Shown here piece by piece: positions 29,130 through 39,064 of a stretch of 64,000 nt of DNA. Within the stretch, counting starts at the first letter, position 1. The number at the start of each line of letters is the position of its first letter. Source of the stretch: Methanobacteriota archaeon. Its GTDB lineage: Archaea; Halobacteriota; Bog-38; Methanoflorentales; Methanoflorentaceae. The notes beneath the pieces were generated by a model that saw nothing but the letters and a program-made list of their open reading frames with translations, did not search any database and was not told the origin of the DNA. The stretch is taken from contig OY970393.1 of assembly GCA_963720465.1 (NCBI GenBank), positions 1,184,001 to 1,248,000 of the forward strand, written 5' to 3'. A program made the translations under genes and the position numbers.

Positions 29130-29545
29130 CAACGAGTATCCGTCATGGCCGTGCTGACCGACATCGCCGCAGTACTGGCGAAAAAAGAGCCGCGCCGATG
29201 GTCACAACACTGCGCGATCTGATTCGCCACGCACGAATCACGCTCGTCGACATTGCTGGACGAAGTGGGCCACCGGCGCACGATTGAGGACGTGCCGAAG
29301 GCCGACAATCGATTCAGTCGTTTTTGATTGTCCGGCAAGTGGGGTTCTTCTTTGACTTAGACGAAATCGTGTACGTGGAGGATAGCCGATCCGCTGCTCG
29401 CTTGTCGAGGGGTATCGCACACGGCTCGACGTGCCGGGGATACCGACGGATATCGACCATATCTTACCCAATAGTGCCCCTTGTCGGGACCTGCGCGAGC
29501 GCGCAGTGAAACACATTTACCTGCTCGCGAGCGCCAGGGTTAACT
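29130..29545 (+). pseudogene. Degenerate partial copy of the nucleotidyltransferase-HAD gene (about 36780-37265)
   Basis: Shared DNA blocks such as AAAAAAGAG.CGCGCCGATGGTCACA, CGATTCAGTCGTTTTT and CGTGTACGTGG, with indels and stops. Confidence 0.8.
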
Positions 29546-29820
29546 GACGGCAACGTGCGGGAACGGAATCGGCATTAAAACGTCTCAACTTTCTCTCTCA
29601 GCGTGTAATTTGCAGCCGTTTTCAGATGAGCTGCTGCCCCCACCATGAGGTATAAACGACTGGCACTTCGCGTGCATGCGGGTAGAAAATGTGCCCCCTC
29701 AATGGCTTTCTGCGCACCACTATTAAGCTCATAATATATGATGCGGCTCGGTTCATCGGCGCTACGTGCTAGTACAAATGGACACTAGTCGAAACGGAAA
29801 ATCCTTTCGAGTTTCGACAT

Positions 29821-30996
29821 TTATACACCATAAATAATTTTACGCCATCTTTCCACAGCGCCCTCGTATGAAAACTTGTTTTCGATCAGCGCACGGGCTT
29901 GCTGTGCCACTTTATCAACGTCTTTGTACGTGAGGGCCTCCAAAATACCATTTGCTATGCACTCTGGCGACTCATTCTCGAGGAGGAATCCCGTAGACTT
30001 GTCCTTTATTACGTTTGGGATTGCAGCTACTGAGGTCGTCAGCACCGGAGTTCCACAGGCCATTGCTTCAATGACAATGGTCGGCAACCCCTCCGCGGCA
30101 GAAGCGGTCGTGGGAAAAACCAGAAGCTTGAACTGATTTAAGTGATCACAGAAGTCGTCTTCCGGAATCCAGTTCAGGTAATCGATGTTCACGCCTTTCG
30201 TTTTGAGTTCATCGACTCGTGCTTCGACCTTCGCTCTCAAACGACCGTCCCCGCTGACACGAAATGGGATGTGAGCGCAGCCATTGTTAGTGAGTATTTC
30301 TGTTGCATTGAGAAAGTTCAGCACGCCCTTCTGTTCTTCCAATCGAGAGACGTATCCCACGTTGCTTCTCTGCCCAATGCCCTTCTTCACGCGGTATTTG
30401 GTGAGGTCGACGTATCGATATCCTTCAGCGGTCAACTTTGAGCCGTATGTCATAAGCTTGAGCGGCGCGATTAGTGAGTTGCACTCGGGCGAGATCACAT
30501 CCGCTGCCGCGTACATGATCCGATCTTGGAAATCATAAAATCGGTCGATAAGGCCAGTTCCCACCCGTTTACTCCTCGTAATTACTATAATCGTCTTTTT
30601 TCTCAGCAGTTTAGCAGTAATTAATGGTACGATATCGTAGGGGTACGACATGTAAAACAGAACGATGTCGATGTTTGAAGCGTCTCGGATGATCATGGCG
30701 GCTTCAAGAATCTGAGAAGTAACTGCCTTTACGGCCCACAGCGCCTTTGAGTACAGCATAGGGGTGATGTCGGTAGTATCGTGCATCTTAACGCGAATAT
30801 CCACCGCTCGCACTGTGGGCAAATCGTCAATTTCCAGGTAGTCCGTGTTGCCGCCGATAAGTGTAACAAAATGGGAAATAGGAATAAGAATCGAAACGAG
30901 TTGATCTAAGAACTTATAGATCGTCCTGCTTTTCCACGGCAAATAAACCACTGCAATTCTTTGGTCGCTTCTATCGAGTTCTTGCGCCTTTCGCAC
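29821..30996 (-). CDS. Glycosyltransferase family 4
   Basis: SRLEEQKG and EGLPTIVIEAMACGTPV motifs. Related to 20956-22110. Confidence 0.92.
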   Translation of the reverse strand: MRKAQELDRSDQRIAVVYLPWKSRTIYKFLDQLVSILIPISHFVTLIGGNTDYLEIDDLPTVRAVDIRVKMHDTTDITPMLYSKALWAVKAVTSQILEAAMIIRDASNIDIVLFYMSYPYDIVPLITAKLLRKKTIIVITRSKRVGTGLIDRFYDFQDRIMYAAADVISPECNSLIAPLKLMTYGSKLTAEGYRYVDLTKYRVKKGIGQRSNVGYVSRLEEQKGVLNFLNATEILTNNGCAHIPFRVSGDGRLRAKVEARVDELKTKGVNIDYLNWIPEDDFCDHLNQFKLLVFPTTASAAEGLPTIVIEAMACGTPVLTTSVAAIPNVIKDKSTGFLLENESPECIANGILEALTYKDVDKVAQQARALIENKFSYEGAVERWRKIIYGV

Positions 30997-31256
30997 GGAA
31001 ATGCCCTCTCTCGTGTTTCAGTGGGTGTCCAGTCCTGCGTGTCGGCGGTATTTGAAGTTATGCAGCATGAGTCCGGTTCGGACGCGATAGGCCAAAAAAG
31101 CTGATCAGAGCGAGTTTTTGGCCTCCGTTTCCTCACCATAGCGCTGTTTTATCTCTTACTCGTCTTTATCTCTAACTCGGCTGGTGCAGCGTGCTCCAAT
31201 CTCAGCTAGGCACGAAGACTGTGTGGTGCACACAGCTGCCTATCGATGCAGCGGTA

Positions 31257-32381
31257 TCACAGGTTTTCGATTATGTGACCTTCATCTCGGGCGACATTGG
31301 CCCACAGATACTTGGTGCTTCGCTTCAATCCCGTGCTTGAGAGTTCTGAGCGTCGCTGTGGATCGTGCAACAATCGTATCACAGTCTGCGCGAACGATTT
31401 TGTATCTCCTGCAGGAACATAGGTGACGTCATTCCCCCAGATGCTGCGCAGCGCGGGGAAGTCATAGACGAGCGCTGGCACGCCGCAACTCAGCGCCTCA
31501 AGGATTGCAATGCCCCAGTCGTCGGCATAGCTGGGCATCAGAAAAAGCTTGGAGTTTAGCAAGATCTCGAATTTCCTGCTTTCTTCCACGAAACCGCACA
31601 GCACAATGTTCTCCTGCAGGCGTTCCGTCTCCGTCAGCCGAACGAGTCGATCCCTGTCAGCCCCATCGCCGACAATCGCAAGTTTTGCGCGAGGGAGTGC
31701 GACCACGACGTCTTTCCATATAGCCACCAAATCTAAAACGCCCTTGTTCTGCACCAGTCGACCGACGTAGCAAGCGTCAACGGCCGGTTTTGCGGAGTTG
31801 ACCTTAAGCGGAACCGGATCAGTGCCGTTGTTGAGAAACTGGATCTTTTCTGCTCGAAGGCCGTGCGAAACCAAAAAGTCCTTCACGAGTTGATTTGTCA
31901 CAAACACCAGGTCAAAGTATCGCCTCAGCAACGCCACCGACAGCGTGTCATTCAACTTACGCGGAATATACCACCACCAGCGCGACTTTTTCACGGCCAG
32001 TCCGTGCCAGTAAGCGACAAGCTTGCACGATGGGTTCTTCGATTGCAAATACGCCGCAGGAATGACGTCGATGAGCCAGTGGTTAGACGCGACGATGGTG
32101 TCGTACTTTGTTACGGGCGGGGGGGACGCTATCACCTTGAACATCCGGACACAGTAGAGCAGAATCACCATCAATATATTGGAAGTCTCTCTCTCCAAAC
32201 GGGAATCTAGGACGACGACGTCGCCTGCCAGCAGTTCTTTCGCTGAAGAATATGCCAACCGAGGCAGTAGATAACTTATCTTGTGGTCGCGACTCCGGTC
32301 CTGGGCCACCCTAAAGATGTGGTAGTCGCCCCCAGTCATCACCCGATGCCAGCTGTTCACCACAATTAGTATTTGCTTCAC
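31257..32381 (-). CDS. Glycosyltransferase family 4
   Basis: TGG, VGRLVQNKG and PSYADDWGIAILEALSCGVP motifs. Confidence 0.92.
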   Translation of the reverse strand: MKQILIVVNSWHRVMTGGDYHIFRVAQDRSRDHKISYLLPRLAYSSAKELLAGDVVVLDSRLERETSNILMVILLYCVRMFKVIASPPPVTKYDTIVASNHWLIDVIPAAYLQSKNPSCKLVAYWHGLAVKKSRWWWYIPRKLNDTLSVALLRRYFDLVFVTNQLVKDFLVSHGLRAEKIQFLNNGTDPVPLKVNSAKPAVDACYVGRLVQNKGVLDLVAIWKDVVVALPRAKLAIVGDGADRDRLVRLTETERLQENIVLCGFVEESRKFEILLNSKLFLMPSYADDWGIAILEALSCGVPALVYDFPALRSIWGNDVTYVPAGDTKSFAQTVIRLLHDPQRRSELSSTGLKRSTKYLWANVARDEGHIIENL

Positions 32382-32658
32382 TCGATGACTCCGTGGGTTA
32401 GATCCCCCGCATTTCTGAAGGATCGCGAGCCAGTCTAGGCCACCAAGGGTTCACGGCGAGGCGTCGCTTTGGATGCCCGGATACCACCTTCGAGCCTGAT
32501 AGTTGTGCGGAAGCATTCGATCCTTCTGCGCCATAAATCATTGCGGATACGTCATTAAGTCTCCGCTTTCTATGTTGTTAACCGTTCTCAACGTGCCAGA
32601 GAGCGTGAACTCCGTTTGAGGCGGGGGCGGCGTTTGAGTGTCAAGAAAGACCCGTAGG

Positions 32659-35262
32659 TTAGGAGACTGTCTCTGTAACGGCGGCAGCGGAGGTTCCGTA
32701 GCCGGTGTCGCCGTAGAAGGTCGCCTGCAGGAGGTAGCTACCCTGGGTGGGGATGCTGATGGTGAAGGAGTAGGAACCGTTGGCAGTGGTGGTGGCGGTG
32801 CCGATGGTGGTCCACTGATTGGCGGAGTTCTCGCTGAAGAGGACGACCTGTTCGTTGGGGACGGCGGTGCCGCTAGCAGTGAGAGTGCCGGAGACAGTGA
32901 AAGACTGAGTGACCGTTGGGTTGGCGTTTGAGGTGCTGGCAGTTATGGTGGTGGGTTTGACGGTGCCGATGAGCACTTTACAAGACGCATATGAGGTGGC
33001 GTAGATGGTGTCAGCTTGTGAGTTGACCTGATAGGTGTAAAGTCCCGTGGAGGCTTCGCTGCGAGTAAAGCTGTAGGAGCCGTTGGTGGTGGTCGCGGTG
33101 GTGCCGAGGCTGGTCCACGCACCTGTCGGATCTTTCCTGAGGAGAGTGATCTGCTTCCCGGAGAGAGGTGTGCCCGTCGTGTTATCTTTCAAATAGCCCG
33201 AGAGGATGAAGCTCTGGTTGACCGCTGGGTTGGCGTTGGAGGTGGTAGCGGAGAGAACCGTCGGTCTGAGAGTGCCGACAGTCATGTTCAGTGAGGCGGT
33301 CGAAATGGCAAAATCTTGGTATGCTTCTGACGCGACCATATACGAGAACTCCCCTGGCTGTGCTTCGCTCCACACAAATGAGTAGTAGCCGTTCGTGCCC
33401 GTTAACCTTGAGGCTTGCCACACCATCGGCTCGCCAGAGGCTTGCCTCCATAGGTCTATCTGCGCGCCTGAGACCGGATTGCCGTTTGTAGCGGTTAGGT
33501 ATCCGGAGAGGGTGAAGTTCTGGGTGGGGGCGGGGTTGGTGTTTGAGGTGTTGAGTGAGAGTGACGTTTGCGTGACGGTGCCGATGTTTTCGGTCTGTCC
33601 TGCATACGCCGCTGCGTAGTTTGCGTCACCTCCGAAGTGCGTTTCATACCAATACTGACCTGCAGATGGTTCGCTTACGGTAAAGGTGTAAAAGCCGGTC
33701 GCATTGGTGACGTAGCTCCCTATCTGAGGCCATTCGCCTCCTGGCGTCGTCGGCATCCGACAGAGCAGGGTGATCTGTTGGGCCGGGATACCTATGCCGC
33801 TAGCGTCCCGCAGGTAGCCATAGAGCGTGAAGGTCTGGTTGACCGCGGGGTTGGCATTGGTCGTGTATAGAGAGTTCGTGACGTTTTGCACATTGCCGAT
33901 GGTGACGGCGGTCCACCCGTTGCAGTTTTGACACCCCGTGTAGCTTTGATCGCCGCTGAAGACGCCCCAGTAAAAGTAAGCGCCTTGCGAGGATTCGGTG
34001 CGGGTGAAGCTGTAAGAGCCGTTGGTGGCGGTTGTGGTAGTAGCCAACGCCGTCTGCTGGCCGGCGGGATTCTGGCTGTAGAGGGTGATTTGCTTTCCAG
34101 CCAGCGGCGCGCCATTAGTGTCTGTCAAAACTCCATATAAGGCGAACGGCTGACCAACGGGCTCCGCTCCACTTGTATCAGGCTGACCGGTCGTTGAGTT
34201 TGTAATAAACATACTAAGCGTAGTTGATTGATACGTGCCGACGAGCACGGAACAAGATGCGTATGAGGTGTTGTAGAGGGGGTCAGCTTGTGAGTTGACC
34301 TGATAGATGAAGCTGCCCGTCGAGGCTTCGCTGTGGGTGAAGCTGTACGAACCATTTGTCGTGGTCGTGGCGGTGCCGAGGTTGGTCCACGTGCCCCCCG
34401 CATCTCTGAGGAGGGTGATCTGCTTTCCGGAGAGAGGGGCGCTTGTCGCATTGACTTTAAAATAGCCTGAGAGAGTGAAGCCCTGGTTGACTGCCGGGTT
34501 TATGTTGGAAGTGGTGAGCGTAACGCTCGTTTGGAGCTTCGCAATGGCGTTCACGTTGACGGTGACGACGCTGCTGGTCGATGCTTGGTAGGAGCTGTCT
34601 CCTGCGAAGGTGGCGTAGTAGGTGCGGGTGCCGGCAGAGCCAAAGCTCGTGGTGAGGGTGATCTGGCCGTTAGCGTTGGTTGTGCCGGTGGTATCGTTGT
34701 AGCGGACGTTGTTGAGGTAGTGGTAGATGGTGACGCTCTTTCCTGAAAGAGCTGTTCCACCGCTGCTCAAGGTGGCGGTGAAGGTGACGGATTGGTTGAC
34801 GGTGGGGGTGGCGTTGGACGCGGTGAGCGTAACGCTCGTTTGGAGCTTCGCAATGGCGTTCACGTTGACGGTGACGACGCTGCTGGTCGATGCTTGGTAG
34901 GAGCTGTCTCCTGCGAAGGTGGCGTAGTAGGTGCGGGTGCCGGCAGAGCCAAAGCTCGTGGTGAGGGTGATCTGGCCGTTAGCGTTGGTTGTGCCGGTGG
35001 TATCGTTGTAGCGGACGTTGTTGAGGTAGTGGTAGATGGTGACGCTCTTTCCTGAAAGAGCTGTTCCACCGCTGCTCAAGGTGGCGGTGAAGGTGACGGA
35101 TTGGTTGACGGTGGGGGTGGTGGTGGACGCGGTGAGAGTGAGCGTGGTGGACTGGAGGGGGGCTACTGCACCTGCACCAATTGTTACGTACGCCTGTGAG
35201 GTTCCAAAAACGGTGCAAATGAGCAGGGCACCCAGCATAAGTGATGTTAATTTCTTGTTCAC
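32659..35262 (-). CDS. Secreted or surface protein with tandem Ig-like repeats (paralog of 23945-27127)
   Basis: GGAGGT RBS before GTG at 35262 and a signal peptide. The C-terminal modules are highly similar to the first paralog. Confidence 0.85.
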   Translation of the reverse strand: MNKKLTSLMLGALLICTVFGTSQAYVTIGAGAVAPLQSTTLTLTASTTTPTVNQSVTFTATLSSGGTALSGKSVTIYHYLNNVRYNDTTGTTNANGQITLTTSFGSAGTRTYYATFAGDSSYQASTSSVVTVNVNAIAKLQTSVTLTASNATPTVNQSVTFTATLSSGGTALSGKSVTIYHYLNNVRYNDTTGTTNANGQITLTTSFGSAGTRTYYATFAGDSSYQASTSSVVTVNVNAIAKLQTSVTLTTSNINPAVNQGFTLSGYFKVNATSAPLSGKQITLLRDAGGTWTNLGTATTTTNGSYSFTHSEASTGSFIYQVNSQADPLYNTSYASCSVLVGTYQSTTLSMFITNSTTGQPDTSGAEPVGQPFALYGVLTDTNGAPLAGKQITLYSQNPAGQQTALATTTTATNGSYSFTRTESSQGAYFYWGVFSGDQSYTGCQNCNGWTAVTIGNVQNVTNSLYTTNANPAVNQTFTLYGYLRDASGIGIPAQQITLLCRMPTTPGGEWPQIGSYVTNATGFYTFTVSEPSAGQYWYETHFGGDANYAAAYAGQTENIGTVTQTSLSLNTSNTNPAPTQNFTLSGYLTATNGNPVSGAQIDLWRQASGEPMVWQASRLTGTNGYYSFVWSEAQPGEFSYMVASEAYQDFAISTASLNMTVGTLRPTVLSATTSNANPAVNQSFILSGYLKDNTTGTPLSGKQITLLRKDPTGAWTSLGTTATTTNGSYSFTRSEASTGLYTYQVNSQADTIYATSYASCKVLIGTVKPTTITASTSNANPTVTQSFTVSGTLTASGTAVPNEQVVLFSENSANQWTTIGTATTTANGSYSFTISIPTQGSYLLQATFYGDTGYGTSAAAVTETVS
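34513..35120. repeat. Apparently identical ~300-bp tandem duplication (period 309 bp) of one Ig-like module
   Basis: 34513-34811 vs 34822-35120. Shadow ORFs 34551-34760 and 34860-35069 have identical translations. Confidence 0.92.
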
Positions 35263-35763
35263 GCGTTTACCTCCTCGCAGGACTGCCATTTCGCGTTCTG
35301 ATAGGGCCGCACCATTGCCAAAGTCGCACTCAACTTCCACACGTTGCCAAACAGCGTGAAGCAGCCATTATCAACGCGGCTCTCTCTATCTATCGTCGTG
35401 TTTCGCTTGGATGAGCCACCCACTCCTTATAATTCGTCGATGCTCGGTGGCAGCCCACGCAACCTCTGAAACAACCCGTCTGCGGCGAGAAGCGCTATAA
35501 ACACCAACTCAGAAACGCAGTCCAATAAACGTTGGTGTATTTGGCTCAGTGTCACAGTAAGAGCGATGCTAAGCCGTTTTCTTACTGTGATGCCTCTAAA
35601 GCTCTGCTGGAGCGTATCGTTCATTATGCCTGCCTCGATCCCATACGCCGGTTGTCCGGCTCAGGTAGCTTAAGGCTGCGACCTAAAGGCATATAATGCT
35701 TATGATTTATACTTCTCGTATGAACCGAATGAAAGAACACACTGATAGAGCAGGGGGGTAGCT

Positions 35764-35913
35764 ATGAAGCGCAATGACAGGGCTTCTATTTCTGTGAGCA
35801 AGCAGACTCACACAGATTTCGAGGAGTTCCGCGCCCATCTAAGCGCGGAGCGGGGAAAGATCCAGACTCAAGAGGACTGTTTGAGGGAGCTCCTCTCAAA
35901 GGCTAAACGCTGA
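35764..35913 (+). CDS. Small ribbon-helix-helix-like DNA-binding or antitoxin-like protein (49 aa)
   Basis: MKRNDRASISVSKQTHTDFEEFRAHLSAERGKIQTQEDCLRELLSKAKR*. Beta-strand plus two helices pattern, GGGGG RBS, and TTTATA upstream. Below the ORF-track cutoff. Confidence 0.6.
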   Translation: MKRNDRASISVSKQTHTDFEEFRAHLSAERGKIQTQEDCLRELLSKAKR

Positions 35914-36256
35914 GACCGGAATGAGTAATACGTTTTTTTTGAGAACGTACCGGTGACGTCGCTTATCGGCGCTGTTTCAGTCGATGAGTGCTAAGAAACG
36001 GCGGTCAAAAGAGCGGCTCGAAGTACTCAATTATAAGTTTCGCGACGGGGTTACTTTCTCTTACACGCTTTCTCACGCCGCGTGCCGCCGCAGCGGTCTC
36101 GTCGTGTGCTCAACTAAACGCCGGCTGAGGCGCCAGCAGCACGCGCAAACCGTGCCTCACGGCAATGGCGCGAGCGCAGAGGTCGTTTATGGTTATAACC
36201 CAAAAGCGCGTTGATGTTAGTCGCACACCAGCCAGAAGACGTGTAGGAGTGAGTGC

Positions 36257-37759
36257 GTGAAGGCCATCATACTCGCCGCCAACGATAACACGGAGCTGCG
36301 CCCCCTGAACCTAGGGAAACCGAGCACGCTGATCAAGATTAATGGGATTCCCTTGCTCGAACACCAGATACGGAGGTACAATCGTGCGGGCGTCGAAACG
36401 GCTTCCATATCGGTCGTCTCTGGTTATCAGCACGGCCAGATCAGGCGCTACCTGATGCGTGAGCACCCCGACATACGCCTCGTGAGGAACCCCAACTATC
36501 GTTCCGCGGGCGCCCTGTACTCGCTGGACCTCGCCTTACGAGACGCAGAACCTCACACCGCCGATGACGGATTCTTCATAAGCAGTGGAGCGTGCGTGTA
36601 TGAAGACGAGACAATCGAGCGCGTGTCACGCGTCTCTGGGAGCGCCATCGTCGTGGATAGCAGCCGTTACGGGGCTGCGTCGACCAAGGTCATCGCCGAG
36701 GACGGAAACGTCGTGGTCGTCGGTACCCATATTCCAAAAAACGAGGCCACCGCCGTCGCAACTGGCTTGTGTAAGCTTGACGAATACGCTCGCGCCGTGC
36801 TGAGCGACATCGTCGCTGAGTGCACTGCTGAAAAAAGAGACGCGCCGATGGTCACAGCACTTGGCGATCTGATTCACCGCGCGCGGCTGACGCTCATCGA
36901 CATCGCGGGAACGAAGTGGGCCGCGCTGCGGACTGTGGAGGACGTGCAGACGGCCGATAAACGATTCAGTCGTTTTTCATTGCCGAGCAAGCGGTGTTTC
37001 GTCTGTGACTTGGACGGGACCGTGTACGTGGGGAACCGGCCGATCCGCGGCACCGTTGAGTTCATCACCCGGAATGTGGACGATCGTGTGTTCTATTTTG
37101 TGACGAATAATACCTCGAAGCTTCCCGAGGAGTATCGGAAGCGACTCAGCGCGCTGGGGATACCCACTAATACGGAGCATATCGTCACGCCGCTTGCGCC
37201 CCTTATCCGGTACCTGGACGAGCGCGCGTTGACGCACGTGTGCTTGCTCGCGAACGCCAGCGTCACCGCGCACCTACGGAAGGCGCTTCCGGCGCTCGAG
37301 CTAACCGCCGATCCGGAGGCGTGTGACGCGGTCATTGTGGCCTACGATACGGAGCTCACGTACGACAAGCTACGCGACGCCGCGCTGCTGCTGCAACAGA
37401 ATCCTCGTTTGACGTTTCTCGCGACGCACGGCGATCTCGTATGTCCCACCGAGCAGGGTTTCGTGCCCGACAGCGGCTGTATTTTGTCGGTGCTCGAGCA
37501 GGCCACCGGCCGAACACCTGACGCGGTGTTTGGTAAGCCTAACCCGCTTTTGCTGGAGCGCGTGACCGCTGAGTACAGCCCAAGCGAGATGGTTGTCGTC
37601 GGCGACCGGCTGTACACCGACAGGCTGATGGCGCATAATGTGGGATGCGATTTTATCTGCGTACTAAGCGGGGAGACCACGCGCGAACGGATTGACGAAC
37701 TGAACGAGAACGAGTTCCCGTCGCTCATCGTGAGGGATCTTGGAGACCTGCTGACGTGA
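36257..37759 (+). CDS. Fusion: LicC/MobA-like nucleotidyltransferase domain plus HAD-IIA (NagD-like) phosphatase
   Basis: N-terminal KAIILAA...LRPL...KP.TLIKINGIPLLEH. C-terminal DLDGTVY, VTNN, FGKP, VGDRLYTD and VLSGET motifs. Confidence 0.88.
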   Translation: MKAIILAANDNTELRPLNLGKPSTLIKINGIPLLEHQIRRYNRAGVETASISVVSGYQHGQIRRYLMREHPDIRLVRNPNYRSAGALYSLDLALRDAEPHTADDGFFISSGACVYEDETIERVSRVSGSAIVVDSSRYGAASTKVIAEDGNVVVVGTHIPKNEATAVATGLCKLDEYARAVLSDIVAECTAEKRDAPMVTALGDLIHRARLTLIDIAGTKWAALRTVEDVQTADKRFSRFSLPSKRCFVCDLDGTVYVGNRPIRGTVEFITRNVDDRVFYFVTNNTSKLPEEYRKRLSALGIPTNTEHIVTPLAPLIRYLDERALTHVCLLANASVTAHLRKALPALELTADPEACDAVIVAYDTELTYDKLRDAALLLQQNPRLTFLATHGDLVCPTEQGFVPDSGCILSVLEQATGRTPDAVFGKPNPLLLERVTAEYSPSEMVVVGDRLYTDRLMAHNVGCDFICVLSGETTRERIDELNENEFPSLIVRDLGDLLT

Positions 37760-38004
37760 GAATGGTCGAATGGTCTCGGTGTTAACGCCAACCTAGCGCA
37801 GGCACTAGGGCTTTGCCTAGCCGCTTTTGCAAAGAAGGGTTCTTGGAGCTTTAATTTGATGTTTGAGCTTTGATAGAAGAGAATCAGCTCGACTGTGTTA
37901 AGCGCGTGTGTTGTTCCGCGTCCGGTCAGAAACACAAACGCCACCCCATCTCAAAGAAGCTGCTATTGCGATACCAAGCCAACCTCAGTCCCTAGACGAA
38001 TGAA

Positions 38005-38709
38005 TCAGATCCATCTTCCCATTATCCCGGAAATTATCGGCTCCAACGCGAAGATCATCAAGGACAGCGTAACCAGTGCCGCGACGTTGACTGGATAGGT
38101 GAGATTTGAAGATACTAACAGAGCAACGTATATGAAAATGGCGAGGATACTCGCGATTTTTAAGAATATTAACACGAAGATGCCCACGAAAATGCCGAAG
38201 ATGCCCACGATCGTGTCGCCCACCGTGCCGCGTGCTGCGCTTGCGATTCCGGCAACGACCACTCCTAAGGCTAACAGGTCGGTTACGGGCAAAAAAAATC
38301 CGTAGAAAGACACATAGAAAGACAGGGCGAGTACCCAGACGGCGATTAGGGTCGCTAGCACTGACAGAATCACGTTGAGCCGCCGCAGTCCCGAAATGCC
38401 TTTTGCAAATATTCGTATGATATACGCAATTTCAAGGATAATTAGCGCGATTGCTAAGAATGCGATGAAATGTGTCCAACCCCATTCCACCCCTGGGTAG
38501 AAGGCAGCAATGCCCAAGATAAGGACGATAAGACCTGCGCTGATCTCGAGTATTCGGAGCCACACAGGACTCCTTTTTTCTTTGGCAGCCGACGGTGGGG
38601 GCAGCGGCGATGCTGACGCGCTGGCAAACGCCTTACCGCATTTTGTGCAAAATGAGGTACTGGTGAGATTAGCCGCTCCGCAGGACTTGCAATCCTTTTG
38701 CTGCTCCAT
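38005..38709 (-). CDS. Zinc-ribbon-containing membrane protein
   Basis: CKSCG...FCTKCG zinc ribbon, Pro-rich linker and about 6 TM segments. Confidence 0.75.
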   Translation of the reverse strand: MEQQKDCKSCGAANLTSTSFCTKCGKAFASASASPLPPPSAAKEKRSPVWLRILEISAGLIVLILGIAAFYPGVEWGWTHFIAFLAIALIILEIAYIIRIFAKGISGLRRLNVILSVLATLIAVWVLALSFYVSFYGFFLPVTDLLALGVVVAGIASAARGTVGDTIVGIFGIFVGIFVLIFLKIASILAIFIYVALLVSSNLTYPVNVAALVTLSLMIFALEPIISGIMGRWI

Positions 38710-39064
38710 TTGCGTATCCACCAGCTTGACGGAAAGATAAATCACGAGAGAGAGCAACTGCGGGAGAGTACCTTAAATCTTCTCTTTTAGCCGCATTGGG
38801 ATGGCGCGTTATGTGAAAAAAAGGCTTAGCTTATCACTGGCCGAGTCTACCCTCATCCGCCTCATGTTCAGCACTTATAATGACTTAGGACAGATTGGAC
38901 ACAGTGCGTATAAGAAAGGCCTCATACAGACTCCTGCCTCGTAGGACAGAAAGCCCTGGACAGACGACTGCCCTGCTCGGTGTACGCCCCAAGAAAGAGG
39001 AAATGTTTTACTATCACGCATACTAACGACCCGTGCTCCAAAAATACCTGCTATTCATACGGTA

